Both the position numbers and the translations under genes were made by a program. From positions 32,001 to 96,000 of the forward strand of contig CAVSMN010000012.1 in NCBI GenBank assembly GCA_963729045.1: a DNA stretch of 64,000 nucleotides, written 5' to 3'. This document shows positions 1 through 10,759 of this stretch, one piece after another (within the stretch, counting starts at the first letter, position 1; every line of letters begins with the position of its first letter). Below the pieces are notes generated by a model. That model was not told where the DNA came from. It saw only the letters and a program-made list of their open reading frames with translations, and did not search any database. The stretch is from an uncultured Nitrososphaeraceae archaeon (lineage in GTDB: Archaea > Thermoproteota > Nitrososphaeria > Nitrososphaerales > Nitrososphaeraceae).

Positions 1-312
1 ATATTTGTTGATTTATCTTACGATAATAATTTTTCATAAATATTTTAAGTTGAATTATTTTCGATTGAGAATCAAACGTGAATACAAATAAAGATTGTCA
101 TTGAATATTTCATATTTAAAATTGAGAACCTATTCGAAGACAACCAAATTTACTGAAAAATTCATGTATAATTTTTTTCAGAGTATCTAACACAGGATAA
201 CTGCAATATTAATAGATATGAAATAAAAAAAAGAAACTGATTTTTTGCTACAAGACTAGCAAAGATCAATCTTGACTATTGTAGGCTATGTTCGTATGAG
301 GATCCAAATCCT

Positions 313-636
313 CTATAACTGTGATAACAATTGCATCTTCATTTTTGAAAACTCTTCGTCAGTCAACAAACCTTTTTGATGAAGATCTCCAAGTTTTTGA
401 ATCTTTTCGGTCACGTCCACTTGGGAACTGGATGATTGTACATTTTGAGACTGTTGTGCTTGTTGTGCTCTCAATCTCTCGATTTCTTGTTGTTGTGCTT
501 GTGCTTGTTGTTGTGCTAGCTGTTGTTGTTGTTGCATTGCTTGATCTGCTTGATGTTGTTGTTGTTGCATTGCGGCGTTACTTCTACTATTAGCTGCAGC
601 TCTTCCGACTGCAAATGCTGCCCATCTTCCTCTCAT
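313..636 (-). CDS. Gln-rich coiled-coil protein with C-terminal SHOCT domain
   Basis: C-terminal EKIQKLGDLHQKGLLTDEEFSKMKMQLL matches the SHOCT pattern; poly-Q middle; probable start MRGRW at 636 (ORF track starts at 690). Confidence 0.75.
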   Translation of the reverse strand: MRGRWAAFAVGRAAANSRSNAAMQQQQHQADQAMQQQQQLAQQQAQAQQQEIERLRAQQAQQSQNVQSSSSQVDVTEKIQKLGDLHQKGLLTDEEFSKMKMQLLSQL

Positions 637-984
637 GTCTGTAGTAGTGTGTCCGTAACTAAAATAGTTATCTGGATAGTTCAATTCCATTAAAATTTGG
701 ATAATATTTTAAAAAATCTGAAGATGTCTATGAAGACTTTTTGAGTGAAATAATCCTTGATTAACATATGAAATTATTTGCTTATAGAGAATTTCTCGTT
801 TCTTGAACATATCGTGAAGTGACAAGAGTATTAGTGAACGATGAGATGGTATAAGTTTTCCAGATGGAAACGAAATAAAAAGGAGAATTATGGGCTGTTG
901 GGATGTATCACTGGTATTAGACGAATCCCATATCTCTATATACTAACAAATTTTTACCAGCTTGATTCTGATGTATTTATTGTT

Positions 985-1413
985 TCAGTGTTTTACTTCA
1001 TGTCTCCTATCGTGTACCCAAATCGAAATACCAATTATCATGGCTAGTATCCCATTAATCAAAAGTACTATACCTGCTACAATGGCAAAGAATAATATTC
1101 CTGCATCAATCATCAATTTTTGTTTAACTTTTTGTTTAGAAACATCTTCGGTATCATTAGATGTACTCAGGAAAACATTAACTCTATCAGTAATTTTGTC
1201 AGCTAATCTATCAGGAATTTTGGCTGAAGCATTAATTCTATCAGTAACTTTGTCAGCTAATTTATCAGTAACTTTGCCAGCTATATCTTTGGCTGATATA
1301 TCGGGAAAGTTCTCGATCATTAAAATAGCTTTGTAAGCCGATAATCCAAATATAATTATGCTTGTTACAAGAATAATTATACCTACTAACAATATTGTAT
1401 TGCCGCGTTGCAT
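985..1413 (-). CDS. Two-TM membrane protein with internal KVTD(K/R) repeats
   Basis: Hydrophobic N- and C-terminal helices around four imperfect K[VI][TP]D[KR] repeats. Confidence 0.65.
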   Translation of the reverse strand: MQRGNTILLVGIIILVTSIIIFGLSAYKAILMIENFPDISAKDIAGKVTDKLADKVTDRINASAKIPDRLADKITDRVNVFLSTSNDTEDVSKQKVKQKLMIDAGILFFAIVAGIVLLINGILAMIIGISIWVHDRRHEVKH

Positions 1414-1676
1414 TTACAATAGTTAGTATAAGATGTTAATAAACAATCAATATAAAATCTGAAATTTATTAATGTTGTAAGTTTAGGTTGAGGTTTTACA
1501 TAGTAACTAGACGGGTGAACTCTAAAAATAAAATAGGTCAAATTAGATAGTCAATCATTAAAAATACCAAAAAATGGGTTTGATTTCATTGCAACTTGCA
1601 ACATCCTTCCGTTCATGCAGGTCCTGAGGTTTTCTAAAGTGTAGTTAACACTCAAGCCCTAAATCCGGCTTGATTT

Positions 1677-1702
1677 CGATGCTGGAATATATTCCAGCAT
1701 CG
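1677..1702. repeat. Perfect 26-bp palindrome CGATGCTGGAATATATTCCAGCATCG
   Basis: Sequence equals its own reverse complement; lies about 22 nt downstream of the stop of 1725..2153(-). Confidence 0.9.
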
Positions 1703-1724
1703 TCTATATCTGAACTTTTAAAAT

Positions 1725-2153
1725 TTACCTGGTTAAATTTTGCCTCAGTTCATTGAACTTTTGTACTAGCATAGGTAGGTCACCAGCATATTTTTCCTTC
1801 AGTCCTTCGGTTGTATTTGCAACGCCAGCTTGTTCAAGGGCTTGATTGTATGCATCTGATACTGCTGCAACAACTTTGGCTGCAATTATCTTTTGCAAGT
1901 GTTCGGAGATATCCAAGTTCTTAGCTACGGTTAAAGATGTTGCGTTAATACCATTTTGTCCAAGTATTTCTTTAAATTTTGCTATAATTTGATCCATTTT
2001 GTCAACAGGTTCTTGAACTGCAGTTGAGTTTACACCTTGGGCTAATACTTTATTAACATATAATCCGTCACTATTCAATAGAACCATTGAAACTGCAAAA
2101 ACAAGTATACCAAGAGCAATTCCGATTCCTTCTTTTTTATAAATGATTTTCAT
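1725..2153 (-). CDS. Hypothetical secreted protein
   Basis: Signal-peptide-like N-terminus ending VLAQ; helical body; NxS/T sequons. Confidence 0.7.
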   Translation of the reverse strand: MKIIYKKEGIGIALGILVFAVSMVLLNSDGLYVNKVLAQGVNSTAVQEPVDKMDQIIAKFKEILGQNGINATSLTVAKNLDISEHLQKIIAAKVVAAVSDAYNQALEQAGVANTTEGLKEKYAGDLPMLVQKFNELRQNLTR

Positions 2154-2410
2154 GATTTGACTTATAGAAACAAGTATAAAGGTTTAATTCCTTTTCCAAC
2201 AAAATAATTAATCAATATTATTATTTTGAATATATTTACAGACTCGACATGTCAGTTACAATGAGTATCGAGATTGAATCCAGAAATGTATAATCTATCA
2301 AGAATTATTACTTTCGATGGTAAATTGTCTATCTATATCAAGCGAAACTAATATACAAAAACTCAAATATTCTTCTATCTTTATATATTAGATCTATTTA
2401 ATAAAGCGTA

Positions 2411-2848
2411 ATGTTATCTCTAAAAATATCTATCGTTTTTACATCATTGATTGTGTTATTAGGCTCGGTATTTGTCTCTAATGCGTACAGTCAGGTCACT
2501 GACTCAAGTGGCATAATTGTTGGGCGCGAGGGAAGTGTCTTTGGACTAGTTGATATTGATTCTGATGGTCACAAGTTAAACATTGCTGGGGTTGTAAATT
2601 ATATTCCACCAACAGACAAAGTATTTGAGGTTTGGCTATATGATGGAAACTACCGTGCATCTGGATATCCATTAAGTGTAGGGATGGTTAAGGCTGATGG
2701 ATCTTTTAGTATGGAATCAACCCAGGTTTCTGCATACACATACAGCGATATGTTTGTGACCTTGGAACCAAAAGATGATAAGGATCCAAAACCAGCATAT
2801 TCCAACCAGGTAGGTATTTACGTCTTGCCTGCACCATTTGGACAATAA
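2411..2848 (+). CDS. Secreted protein with anti-sigma RskA C-terminal-like domain
   Basis: Signal peptide; FEVWL...PLSVG...VTLEPxDxxDPxP resembles RskA_C motifs; T-tract follows the stop. Confidence 0.6.
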   Translation: MLSLKISIVFTSLIVLLGSVFVSNAYSQVTDSSGIIVGREGSVFGLVDIDSDGHKLNIAGVVNYIPPTDKVFEVWLYDGNYRASGYPLSVGMVKADGSFSMESTQVSAYTYSDMFVTLEPKDDKDPKPAYSNQVGIYVLPAPFGQ

Positions 2849-3059
2849 TTCCTTTCTAATTTTTTATTTTTTTGATTAGACAATTTCTTTCGATTTATTA
2901 CGTTTAATGTACTCTTTTAGAATTCTAGTAATCACAGCTTGCCTTAGAGCAAATGGTTAATAATAAAAAATCTTCTTGACTGGAAATACTGCCAAAAACA
3001 AAACTGTAAAAATATTCTTACATAACTTATGATAAAAAACGGAGTAACTTTTTATTCAT

Positions 3060-3081
3060 ATTTTTTCGACGTCGAAAAAAT
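3060..3081. promoter_or_regulatory. 22-bp palindrome ATTTTTTCGACGTCGAAAAAAT, candidate parS-like site or bidirectional terminator
   Basis: Perfect dyad 10 nt beyond the parB stop codon. Confidence 0.55.
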
Positions 3082-3091
3082 TTAGTCATTT

Positions 3092-3985
3092 TTAGGACAT
3101 TTTATATTTCATTTTTTGATTAAATCTTTTTTTCTCTCTTATTATGATATCTATCTCATTATTTATCACATTTTTATGATGCATTAACGTCTCATAGATG
3201 ATCCAGTTATCGTCGACTTCCTCTATAATTGTTCCAATTCTACTTTGAGTTATCTTAAGAGTTGTAAGAATTTTATCAAAGGATCGGTTTATTTTTAAAT
3301 CTCTATTTTCTTTTAAATCTACTAATGTATGATATTCTAGGCTTTCAGTAGCATCAGAGATAGATAATGCATTTGCAAGTTTCCTAACCTCTTTTACTGT
3401 CAAGTCTTTGTTTACTATTTCCATTGCCATTTCGTGTCTCGTTGCCTGATTTTTGACATAAATTAATTCTTCTGCCACACTCGGGCTTATTTCAGATTTT
3501 GAAATTTCATCCACTATTTCCGTTGGTAAATCTAACAGCGATAGCCTTTTCGACACATAAGATGGGCTTTTTGAGATCTTTTGGGCTAGCTCAGATATGC
3601 CTCCCCATCCAAAATCAGTGGTATAAACTTTGAAGGCTCTTGCTTCCTCTATAGGATTGAGATTCTTTCTTTGAATATTTTCAACCAATGATATTTCAAA
3701 ACTGTCTTTATCATTTACCTCTATCACATGACAGGGTATTTTTTTCCATCTTAATTTTTTGCAAGCTAGGTATCGACGGATTCCAGAAATGATTTCAAAA
3801 TGGCTTTCTCTGATTCTTATGACAATTGGATGCAACAAACCATATTGTAGGATCGATAGGGCTAATTCATCTACAGTCTCGGTACCCCTTTCATGAATTG
3901 TATAATTCGGTAATTTTAACTCACTTATCTCGACTTCCTCTACTATTCCTTTCATTAATGGGCTAGCAGAGAAATTTTTCATCAT
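3092..3985 (-). CDS. parB: ParB/RepB/Spo0J family protein
   Basis: GLLHPIVIR, GIRRYLA (GxxRxxA), ENIQRKNLNPIEEA and HTH ISELAQKISKSPSYVSKRLSLL. Confidence 0.92.
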   Translation of the reverse strand: MMKNFSASPLMKGIVEEVEISELKLPNYTIHERGTETVDELALSILQYGLLHPIVIRIRESHFEIISGIRRYLACKKLRWKKIPCHVIEVNDKDSFEISLVENIQRKNLNPIEEARAFKVYTTDFGWGGISELAQKISKSPSYVSKRLSLLDLPTEIVDEISKSEISPSVAEELIYVKNQATRHEMAMEIVNKDLTVKEVRKLANALSISDATESLEYHTLVDLKENRDLKINRSFDKILTTLKITQSRIGTIIEEVDDNWIIYETLMHHKNVINNEIDIIIREKKRFNQKMKYKMS

Positions 3986-5277
3986 ATTTTATCCAATCAT
4001 ATGAAGTATTTAATCTTTAATAAAATTTTCACAATTAGATGCGGTATGATATAAATTTTCCACATAATTTCAAATTAGATTAAATATGTGGATATTATTT
4101 CTGTAGGCATATTCTGACTGCAACTTCTAATTAATGACTTTATTTAGGATTTATTGGGTTAAATCATCCGGTAACTTGCCAAGAAACAAAACAGTGGAAT
4201 TTCTGTATATCATTAAAAATGAAAAGAAGAACATGTAATTGGTCAAAGGTGAACTAACCCTTGCATTCTTAGCTGATTTATTTTTCGGACTCGGATTAAT
4301 TAAGAAAACAACTATTACTAGTATTAAGAATTTAGTATCGATACCTCATACTGGTGGCTTACTACTGAGCTAGTAACTTATATTTTCCGGTTCTATACCT
4401 AATTTTTTTCTGAACTCTTTTATTGTATCTACTAAATATGAGTAATATTTGAGACATATGAGGGGTTTATCAAAATCCTATTTAGATATGATAAGGACAT
4501 GTTTTTCAATAATACCCTTATCTAATTCTGATAATAACGATCCTATTTTAAGTACTTCGTTTCAAATATGGGTATAGTACTTATCTTACATCGGATAAGT
4601 ATTGTCAACATAATTAAAGAATCTGATTTACAGTCACATGAACCAAATGATATAGGTGAATATGGACAATGACCTTTATATTTGGTATCGCGTAAATCTA
4701 GCACCCAGATGATACAATATCTTGTAGGCTTTCTGAAGATATCTATGTCATGGGGAGTTCTGAATTATCTAATCTTATCATATCTTTATGGATAATGAGA
4801 ATTTACAAATGATGTTAAAAGTATAATTAAGAGTAATATTTGCAGAAAACTGCTACACCATCAGGATAACCCAAATCATACTTATAGGTACCCCAAAACG
4901 CATAGCAGAAGATAAAGACGATGGTGATTCTGATTCTTTGAGTTTAGGATGGGTCCTCCTGTGACCCACTCTCGGAAATCATAACTTAATTTATCATCGT
5001 TTAACAAATTTGAGAAGAATTGCCTAAGTGGGGATTCCAAATACCTCATCTAGAAACCTGGTGTTATCGATTGTTACTAAATTTGTAAAGAATCCATGTA
5101 GTTTATGGAAAAGAATTGGTGATTAGGAGAATCATTGATTTTAATTAATTAATGCATTTTTATATGCTAACTGTGTTAATGTTAGTCTTACAAAGTGTGC
5201 TTTATTGAATCATATTTCCAATGCAAATAATAGTCTAAGGATAAACTCATTTTTTAGGTATGCGTGTTACCACCTTG

Positions 5278-7392
5278 CTACTCGTTTGCTAACTTCGATA
5301 AAATCTTGTTGACCCCTTTACTCTTGCCTAATTTTTCTTGAGCCAAATGTTTGTTATGTTTTGCCTGAACGTTTTTAGGATCTATTTTTAATGTCTTGTC
5401 ATACCACTCTATAGCTTCGCCGTATCTACCTAGGTTAAATAGAGATGCACCTTTATTGAATGTGGCATTAACATGTTCTGGATGTATTTTTAGAGCCTTG
5501 TCATACCACTCTATAGCCTCACTATATTTACCTAATTCGTCAAGTGCTGAGCCCTTGTTGTTTAAAGCGTTTACGTGTTTAGGATCTATCTTTAAAGCCT
5601 TGTCATACCACTCTATAGCCTCACTATATTTACCTAATTCGTCAAGTGCTACCCCTTTGTTGTTTAAAACGTTAGCATTATGCGGTTTTAGCTTTAGCGC
5701 CTGGTCAAAGTATTCTATAGCCTTACTGTATCTTCCGAGAGTATAGTACACCCAACCTTTGTTGTTTAAAGCGTTTACGTGTTTAGGATCTATTTTTAGC
5801 GCCTTGTCATACCACTCTATAGCCTCGATATATCTTCCGAGACTATGTAGAGCCCTGCCCTTATTGTTTAGAGAATCAGCATCATTTGGTGCTAGCTTTA
5901 GCGCCTTGTCATACCACTCTATAGCCTCACTGTACCTTCCGAGGCTGTAGAATGCTGCGCCTTTGTTATTTAGAGATATTGTATATGTTGATTTTATCTC
6001 CAAAGCCTTGTCATACCACTCTATAGCCTCGATGTATCTTCCTAATTCATCAAATGCCGCGCCTTTGTTGTTTAAAGCGTTTACGTGTTTAGGATCTATT
6101 TTAAGCGCCTTGTCATACCACTCTATAGCCTCATTATATCTTCCGAGACTATGTAGAGCCCTGCCCTTGTTGTTTAAAGCGTTTACGTTTTTAGGATCTA
6201 CCTCCAAAGCCTTGTCATACCACTCTATAGCCTCGATGAACCTCCCTAATTTATCAAATGCTGAGCCCTTGTTGTTTAAAGCGTTTACGTTTTTAGGATC
6301 TACCTCCAAAGCCTTGTCATACCACTCTATAGCCTCGTAATATCTTCCGAGACTGTATCGCGCCTTGCCCTGGTTGTTTAAAGAAATCGCATCTTCGGGC
6401 TCTATTTTTAGCGCCTCATTAAACCACTCTATAGCCTCGTCATATCTTCCTAGAGTATAGTACACCCAACCCTTGTTGTTTAAAGCATTTGCGTGATTAG
6501 GATATATTTTTAGAGTCCTGTCAAAGTATTCTATAGCATCACTGTATCTTTCATGCTTATAAAGCCCAGTACCTTTGTTGTTTAAAGCGTTTACGTAATT
6601 GGGATTTATCTGCAGAGCCCGGTCAAAGTATTCTATAGCATCACCATATCTTTCAAGCTTATACAAGATTTCACCTTTGTTGTTTAGAGCGTTTACATGG
6701 GTAGGATGTATTTTTAGAGCCTTGTCATACCAGTCTATAGCCTCACTGTATCTACCTACCTTATTCAATGTAAATGCTTTATTGAGAATCGCCTCAAAAT
6801 AACGTGCATCCATTTGTAGAATCTTGTCATAGCATTCAAGGGCGTAATCATACCTGCCCAAATAGAAAAATTGGTTACCCATCAATATTAGATTCTTTAG
6901 CTCCAAGTCATGTTTAGAAAATTGTAATTCTCCTATCTTTATATCGATTATTCTGGTTTTGCATTCTGTCTCAATTTTTTCTACTTCAGTTAATACTTTT
7001 TGACATAGTTTGGCTAGTGCAATAGAAGAGTCCTGTAATTCTTGAGCCTTGCTTTCATTCTTTTGAAAGTTATCCGCTAATAATTGGTACAATAGGTTAG
7101 ATTTATGAGATAATCTTTGAAATAAATCTGAAATCTGGACTGACGCATCTGCTTTATCATCAAATATAATTGTGTTTTCAATTATCGTATAATTTAGTAA
7201 TTGATCATCGAAAATTGCTGTCCCAGAAGTAGAAGTATCATTTGTATCCCTATTAGATTCAGCGGAGGAGATATTACCAGTTTCATTTGTATTGTTCTGA
7301 TCATTAGGTGGTCTCAGATCGATTCCACAGCCGGGACAAATAGTCTCAGCATCCGATTCAAGAGAATAACCACATTGATGACAGGATGACAT
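5278..7392 (-). CDS. Zinc-ribbon plus tetratricopeptide repeat protein (about 15 TPRs)
   Basis: N-terminal CHQCG...CPGCG; tandem 34-aa repeats ALNNKG...LGRYxEAIEWYDKALxIDP. Confidence 0.95.
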   Translation of the reverse strand: MSSCHQCGYSLESDAETICPGCGIDLRPPNDQNNTNETGNISSAESNRDTNDTSTSGTAIFDDQLLNYTIIENTIIFDDKADASVQISDLFQRLSHKSNLLYQLLADNFQKNESKAQELQDSSIALAKLCQKVLTEVEKIETECKTRIIDIKIGELQFSKHDLELKNLILMGNQFFYLGRYDYALECYDKILQMDARYFEAILNKAFTLNKVGRYSEAIDWYDKALKIHPTHVNALNNKGEILYKLERYGDAIEYFDRALQINPNYVNALNNKGTGLYKHERYSDAIEYFDRTLKIYPNHANALNNKGWVYYTLGRYDEAIEWFNEALKIEPEDAISLNNQGKARYSLGRYYEAIEWYDKALEVDPKNVNALNNKGSAFDKLGRFIEAIEWYDKALEVDPKNVNALNNKGRALHSLGRYNEAIEWYDKALKIDPKHVNALNNKGAAFDELGRYIEAIEWYDKALEIKSTYTISLNNKGAAFYSLGRYSEAIEWYDKALKLAPNDADSLNNKGRALHSLGRYIEAIEWYDKALKIDPKHVNALNNKGWVYYTLGRYSKAIEYFDQALKLKPHNANVLNNKGVALDELGKYSEAIEWYDKALKIDPKHVNALNNKGSALDELGKYSEAIEWYDKALKIHPEHVNATFNKGASLFNLGRYGEAIEWYDKTLKIDPKNVQAKHNKHLAQEKLGKSKGVNKILSKLANE

Positions 7393-7881
7393 TAATATCC
7401 TTATGGTCTCTATGTATAAAAGATAATTGCAAAAGTTTACTATTAAAAATTCAGAATTAGAGCGCCTAAGAATGAAAAAACAAGAAAAAAGTTTCTAAAT
7501 TAGTTACTCCAAGTGGACATAGCATCTGCAAAATCAGACCGCATTACAATAACCAAAAATCCATTTAATTCGCAATCATTGCCCCATTATCCACGCTAAA
7601 GTATATTTGAGTACAACTTTTGAAATAGAAATCCTTGTCAATCTGTTTCATTACAAGAAACTAGATTACCCTGTTCACAAATACGCTATCAAGAAAAATC
7701 ATTATTTGAAATAACTATGTACATCAGATAAATGACAATAATGGTTTCGATTTAAGAGTCTTTAAAAAGAATTCTAATACAATCAAATGAATATTAGTCA
7801 ATAATTACAAAAAACTAAAGGTAACCAAAATTCAAAATCATTTAGGTCAATTTTAATAATAATCCAATAGAAAGCAAAGTA

Positions 7882-8886
7882 ATGGCAGGGGGAGGTGAAT
7901 CAAAGAAGGCAATCTATGCTGCATTATTTGGTAATTTGGCAATTGCCATATCAAAGCTCTTTGCAGCGTTATTTACAGGGAGTACATCTATGTGGGCTGA
8001 AACATACCATTCATTCTCGGATACTTTCAATCAGGTGCTACTTTTGGTGGGTGTGAAGACAAGCAAGAAGGAAGCAAATGAAAAGTATCCATTTGGATTT
8101 GGCAAGGAACAATACTTTTGGTCGTTTGTTGTAGCAATACTTATTTTTGGTATATCAGGAGTTTTATCTCTAGAACATGGCATAAGTTATTTTTTAAGTG
8201 AGAATGATACTCATGAAATAAAAAATACATTAATAAATTATGTGATTTTGGCAATAGCCTTTGTATTTGAAGCATATTCACTTAGAGTAGCCTATGGAAT
8301 ATTTAGAAAGAGGATAGAAGAAAGGGGTGATAAATTAACTTTACAAGTTTTTTTTACCGATCTAAAAGAAAATAAAGATACTGTTATTATAACGGTACTT
8401 GTAGAAGATTCCGCTGCTCTTTTAGGAATATTAATTGCAGCAGTAGCGTTGGCCCTTGCTGATCTTACTGGAAATCCTGCATACGACGCTATAGGCTCCC
8501 TCTTAATTGGGATATTATTAATGAGTTTTGCAATATTTTTGGCCAAGGAGAACCGAGGTATGCTTATTGGTGAAGCAATGTCCAAACGAGATTTAAAAAA
8601 GATATACGATGCAGTATCTAATATCTCAGAAGTAGAAAAAATAAAATCAATTCGTACTATGCATCTTGCACCCGAAGATGTTCTGATTGCAATTGAAGTA
8701 TATTTGATTGAGAATTTGAATACTGTCACAATCGAGTCCGTTATTGACAATATTGAAAACAAAATCAGGGAGGCCATACCTTACGCTAACCAATCAAAAA
8801 TATACGTAGAGATAGCACAAGAGAATAAGTTAAAAACCGGTAACTACAATTTGGATCAGGATGTATTCTCATATCTTTACATCTAA
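7882..8886 (+). CDS. Cation diffusion facilitator family transporter
   Basis: AETYHSFSD, YPFGFGKE, EDSAAL and DAIGS motifs; about 6 TM helices plus C-terminal dimerisation domain. Confidence 0.92.
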   Translation: MAGGGESKKAIYAALFGNLAIAISKLFAALFTGSTSMWAETYHSFSDTFNQVLLLVGVKTSKKEANEKYPFGFGKEQYFWSFVVAILIFGISGVLSLEHGISYFLSENDTHEIKNTLINYVILAIAFVFEAYSLRVAYGIFRKRIEERGDKLTLQVFFTDLKENKDTVIITVLVEDSAALLGILIAAVALALADLTGNPAYDAIGSLLIGILLMSFAIFLAKENRGMLIGEAMSKRDLKKIYDAVSNISEVEKIKSIRTMHLAPEDVLIAIEVYLIENLNTVTIESVIDNIENKIREAIPYANQSKIYVEIAQENKLKTGNYNLDQDVFSYLYI

Positions 8887-9502
8887 CAGACATTTTCGAT
8901 GAAATTGAACACCATCCAGCGATATAAAATTTGAATCAATTATACCATTGCATTAATTCGTTGGTAACAGAAACTTTATATGAAATCTGTATATTTTAGT
9001 TACTCAATAACCAATATAGAATTTTACAACATGATTTAAAACCTAATCAAGCAAATAATGATGTTTTTGTCGATTCCAATGTCTAAGTAGTTGGAAATTG
9101 ATTAAGATTATTGATTAGGAAAATATTTGTTATTTGGCATAAACAGGTAATCTAGGTTTCCTTTTTCTTCGATCATATAAAATTCAATATTGATGTGATC
9201 TTGAGCTAGAAACCTATTTTTGTAATTGTAATCAATTTAGATCTTATTACTTTTTCATTTTTCATATGTTTCTGATCCTGATGAAACTAATTAGATAGTG
9301 TATCAAAAGAAAGAGGTTATTATTATTGTACCCTGCGCTGTGTTATCTCATTCATTTTCTTGGTTTCAGAATTTCAAGTTATTTCCCAAACCTCATGAGA
9401 CGTTGCCGGATATTATCTGAAAGTTCTTCCCTATGAATATAATCGATTAATTACTTGAGAAAAATCAGCGACCGTCTTATTAATATAATAGTTCTACGTA
9501 TA

Positions 9503-10048
9503 ATGAGTATTCAGCAACATATGAGTATGAAATTGCAAGATTTTATATGCTTTCTTTACAATAATAAAATGATAAATATACACAATCTTTTGAAAGATGA
9601 TGAAAATGGATATATAAATCGATTAAAATTACAGAAATATGTATTTTTAGCACAAACCTCTTTACAAAATGACTTTGGCTATGAGTATAATATTTATAGA
9701 AATGGTCCATATTCGCCAGACCTAGCAAATTATTGTTATGAAGGATTAGATCTTAGTAGAATATCTTCTGACATCAACGAGAAGAGGTGGACAGATAACT
9801 CGGCTTTTACCGACAGATTTTTGACTCTGTTTAAAGACAAGGAGCCTGAGTGGTTAGAGGTAGCGGCTACTCTGATAGATAGTACTAATTATTGTGAAAA
9901 TGAACAAGAGTCTCTGAATAAAGTTTACGCTATTAAATCAATGTTTAGTAGAGATTACATTGATAATATTTGGAATGAATTGAAAGATAAAAGTCTACTT
10001 CATTACGAATCCGATCTCAAATCAAAAAACTTTCTCTCCATATTCTAA
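9503..10048 (+). CDS. YwgA/SocA(Panacea)-like protein, possible antitoxin
   Basis: RLKLQKYVFLAQ...YEYNIYRNGPYSPDL...WLEVAATL motif; start uncertain (9455, 9503 or later). Confidence 0.65.
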   Translation: MSIQQHMSMKLQDFICFLYNNKMINIHNLLKDDENGYINRLKLQKYVFLAQTSLQNDFGYEYNIYRNGPYSPDLANYCYEGLDLSRISSDINEKRWTDNSAFTDRFLTLFKDKEPEWLEVAATLIDSTNYCENEQESLNKVYAIKSMFSRDYIDNIWNELKDKSLLHYESDLKSKNFLSIF

Positions 10049-10433
10049 TTATTTTAATTCAAAATAGCGGGTTTATTACTACAAAGTTTTAGATTAATTA
10101 AAGAAGTGATTACAGAATTCCAAGATATTGACTTTTTTCTTCTGCATACTAATGATGACTAACGTAGATAGCCTGTTAATTGGATTTCACTTTCCTCCTA
10201 AACATTCTACAATTCCTATTTTTCCAAGCTAGTGCCCATCTTTGGGACCTGATTTATCATATTCGTAAAATACAACCACATTTGTTAATCCCAAATCTAA
10301 TATGTAGACTGGTATTCTTTTGATTGTCAATTGCTGGAAATGAAACCCTTGAGTAAAATGTAACGTTGAGCTCTGTAATTATGACGCTAAGAGCATCTAG
10401 AGCATATAGGTGTGCATATGTGATACCTGTCCA

Positions 10434-10649
10434 TTAGACAATCTTATTTGTGCGTATGAATTCTCTTAAAGCAGATGACTCTTCCTTATATGCCTTAATC
10501 GTGTAAACTTTCCCATCTGGACATTTTAGTGATACCCTTACTATGGTGGTCTCTATATCTGAAGCATACACTGGTGGTTCTATCTTTTCTATTTTGCAAT
10601 CAGCAGCAAGTAATTTCTTTAATTCGGAAATACTCTTAAATTCTGACAA
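10434..10649 (-). CDS. Small hypothetical protein
   Basis: 71-aa ORF with TTG start and globular composition. Confidence 0.6.
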   Translation of the reverse strand: MSEFKSISELKKLLAADCKIEKIEPPVYASDIETTIVRVSLKCPDGKVYTIKAYKEESSALREFIRTNKIV

Positions 10650-10759
10650 GAAAAATCACATACTATTATTAATTACTAATTTATAAAAAGTGTTTTGGAT
10701 GCGTTGATTCAATCTACAAGAACAGGTAAATTGTAATCGTATTATTTTTTATAGTGGTA

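Noticed and set aside
321..593. Val-rich + strand ORF
   Set aside because: Antisense of the poly-Gln tract in the SHOCT gene
3990..5270. Long intergenic region as a possible ncRNA or origin
   Set aside because: AT-rich with only short 6-8 bp hairpins; no recognisable ORB repeats or RNA motifs
5300..6800. Regularly spaced DNA repeats that could be mistaken for a CRISPR array
   Set aside because: 102-bp period inside an open TPR frame, with related rather than unique spacers
5396..6802. Repetitive + strand ORFs (SYHSIAS repeats)
   Set aside because: Antisense shadows of the TPR gene
9278..9315. CTGATGA followed by a small stem, like a hammerhead ribozyme core
   Set aside because: No GAAA directly after stem II and no supporting stems I and III
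10050..10430. Possible PIN toxin remnant beside the YwgA-like gene
   Set aside because: Translations have multiple stops and no convincing PIN acidic motifs
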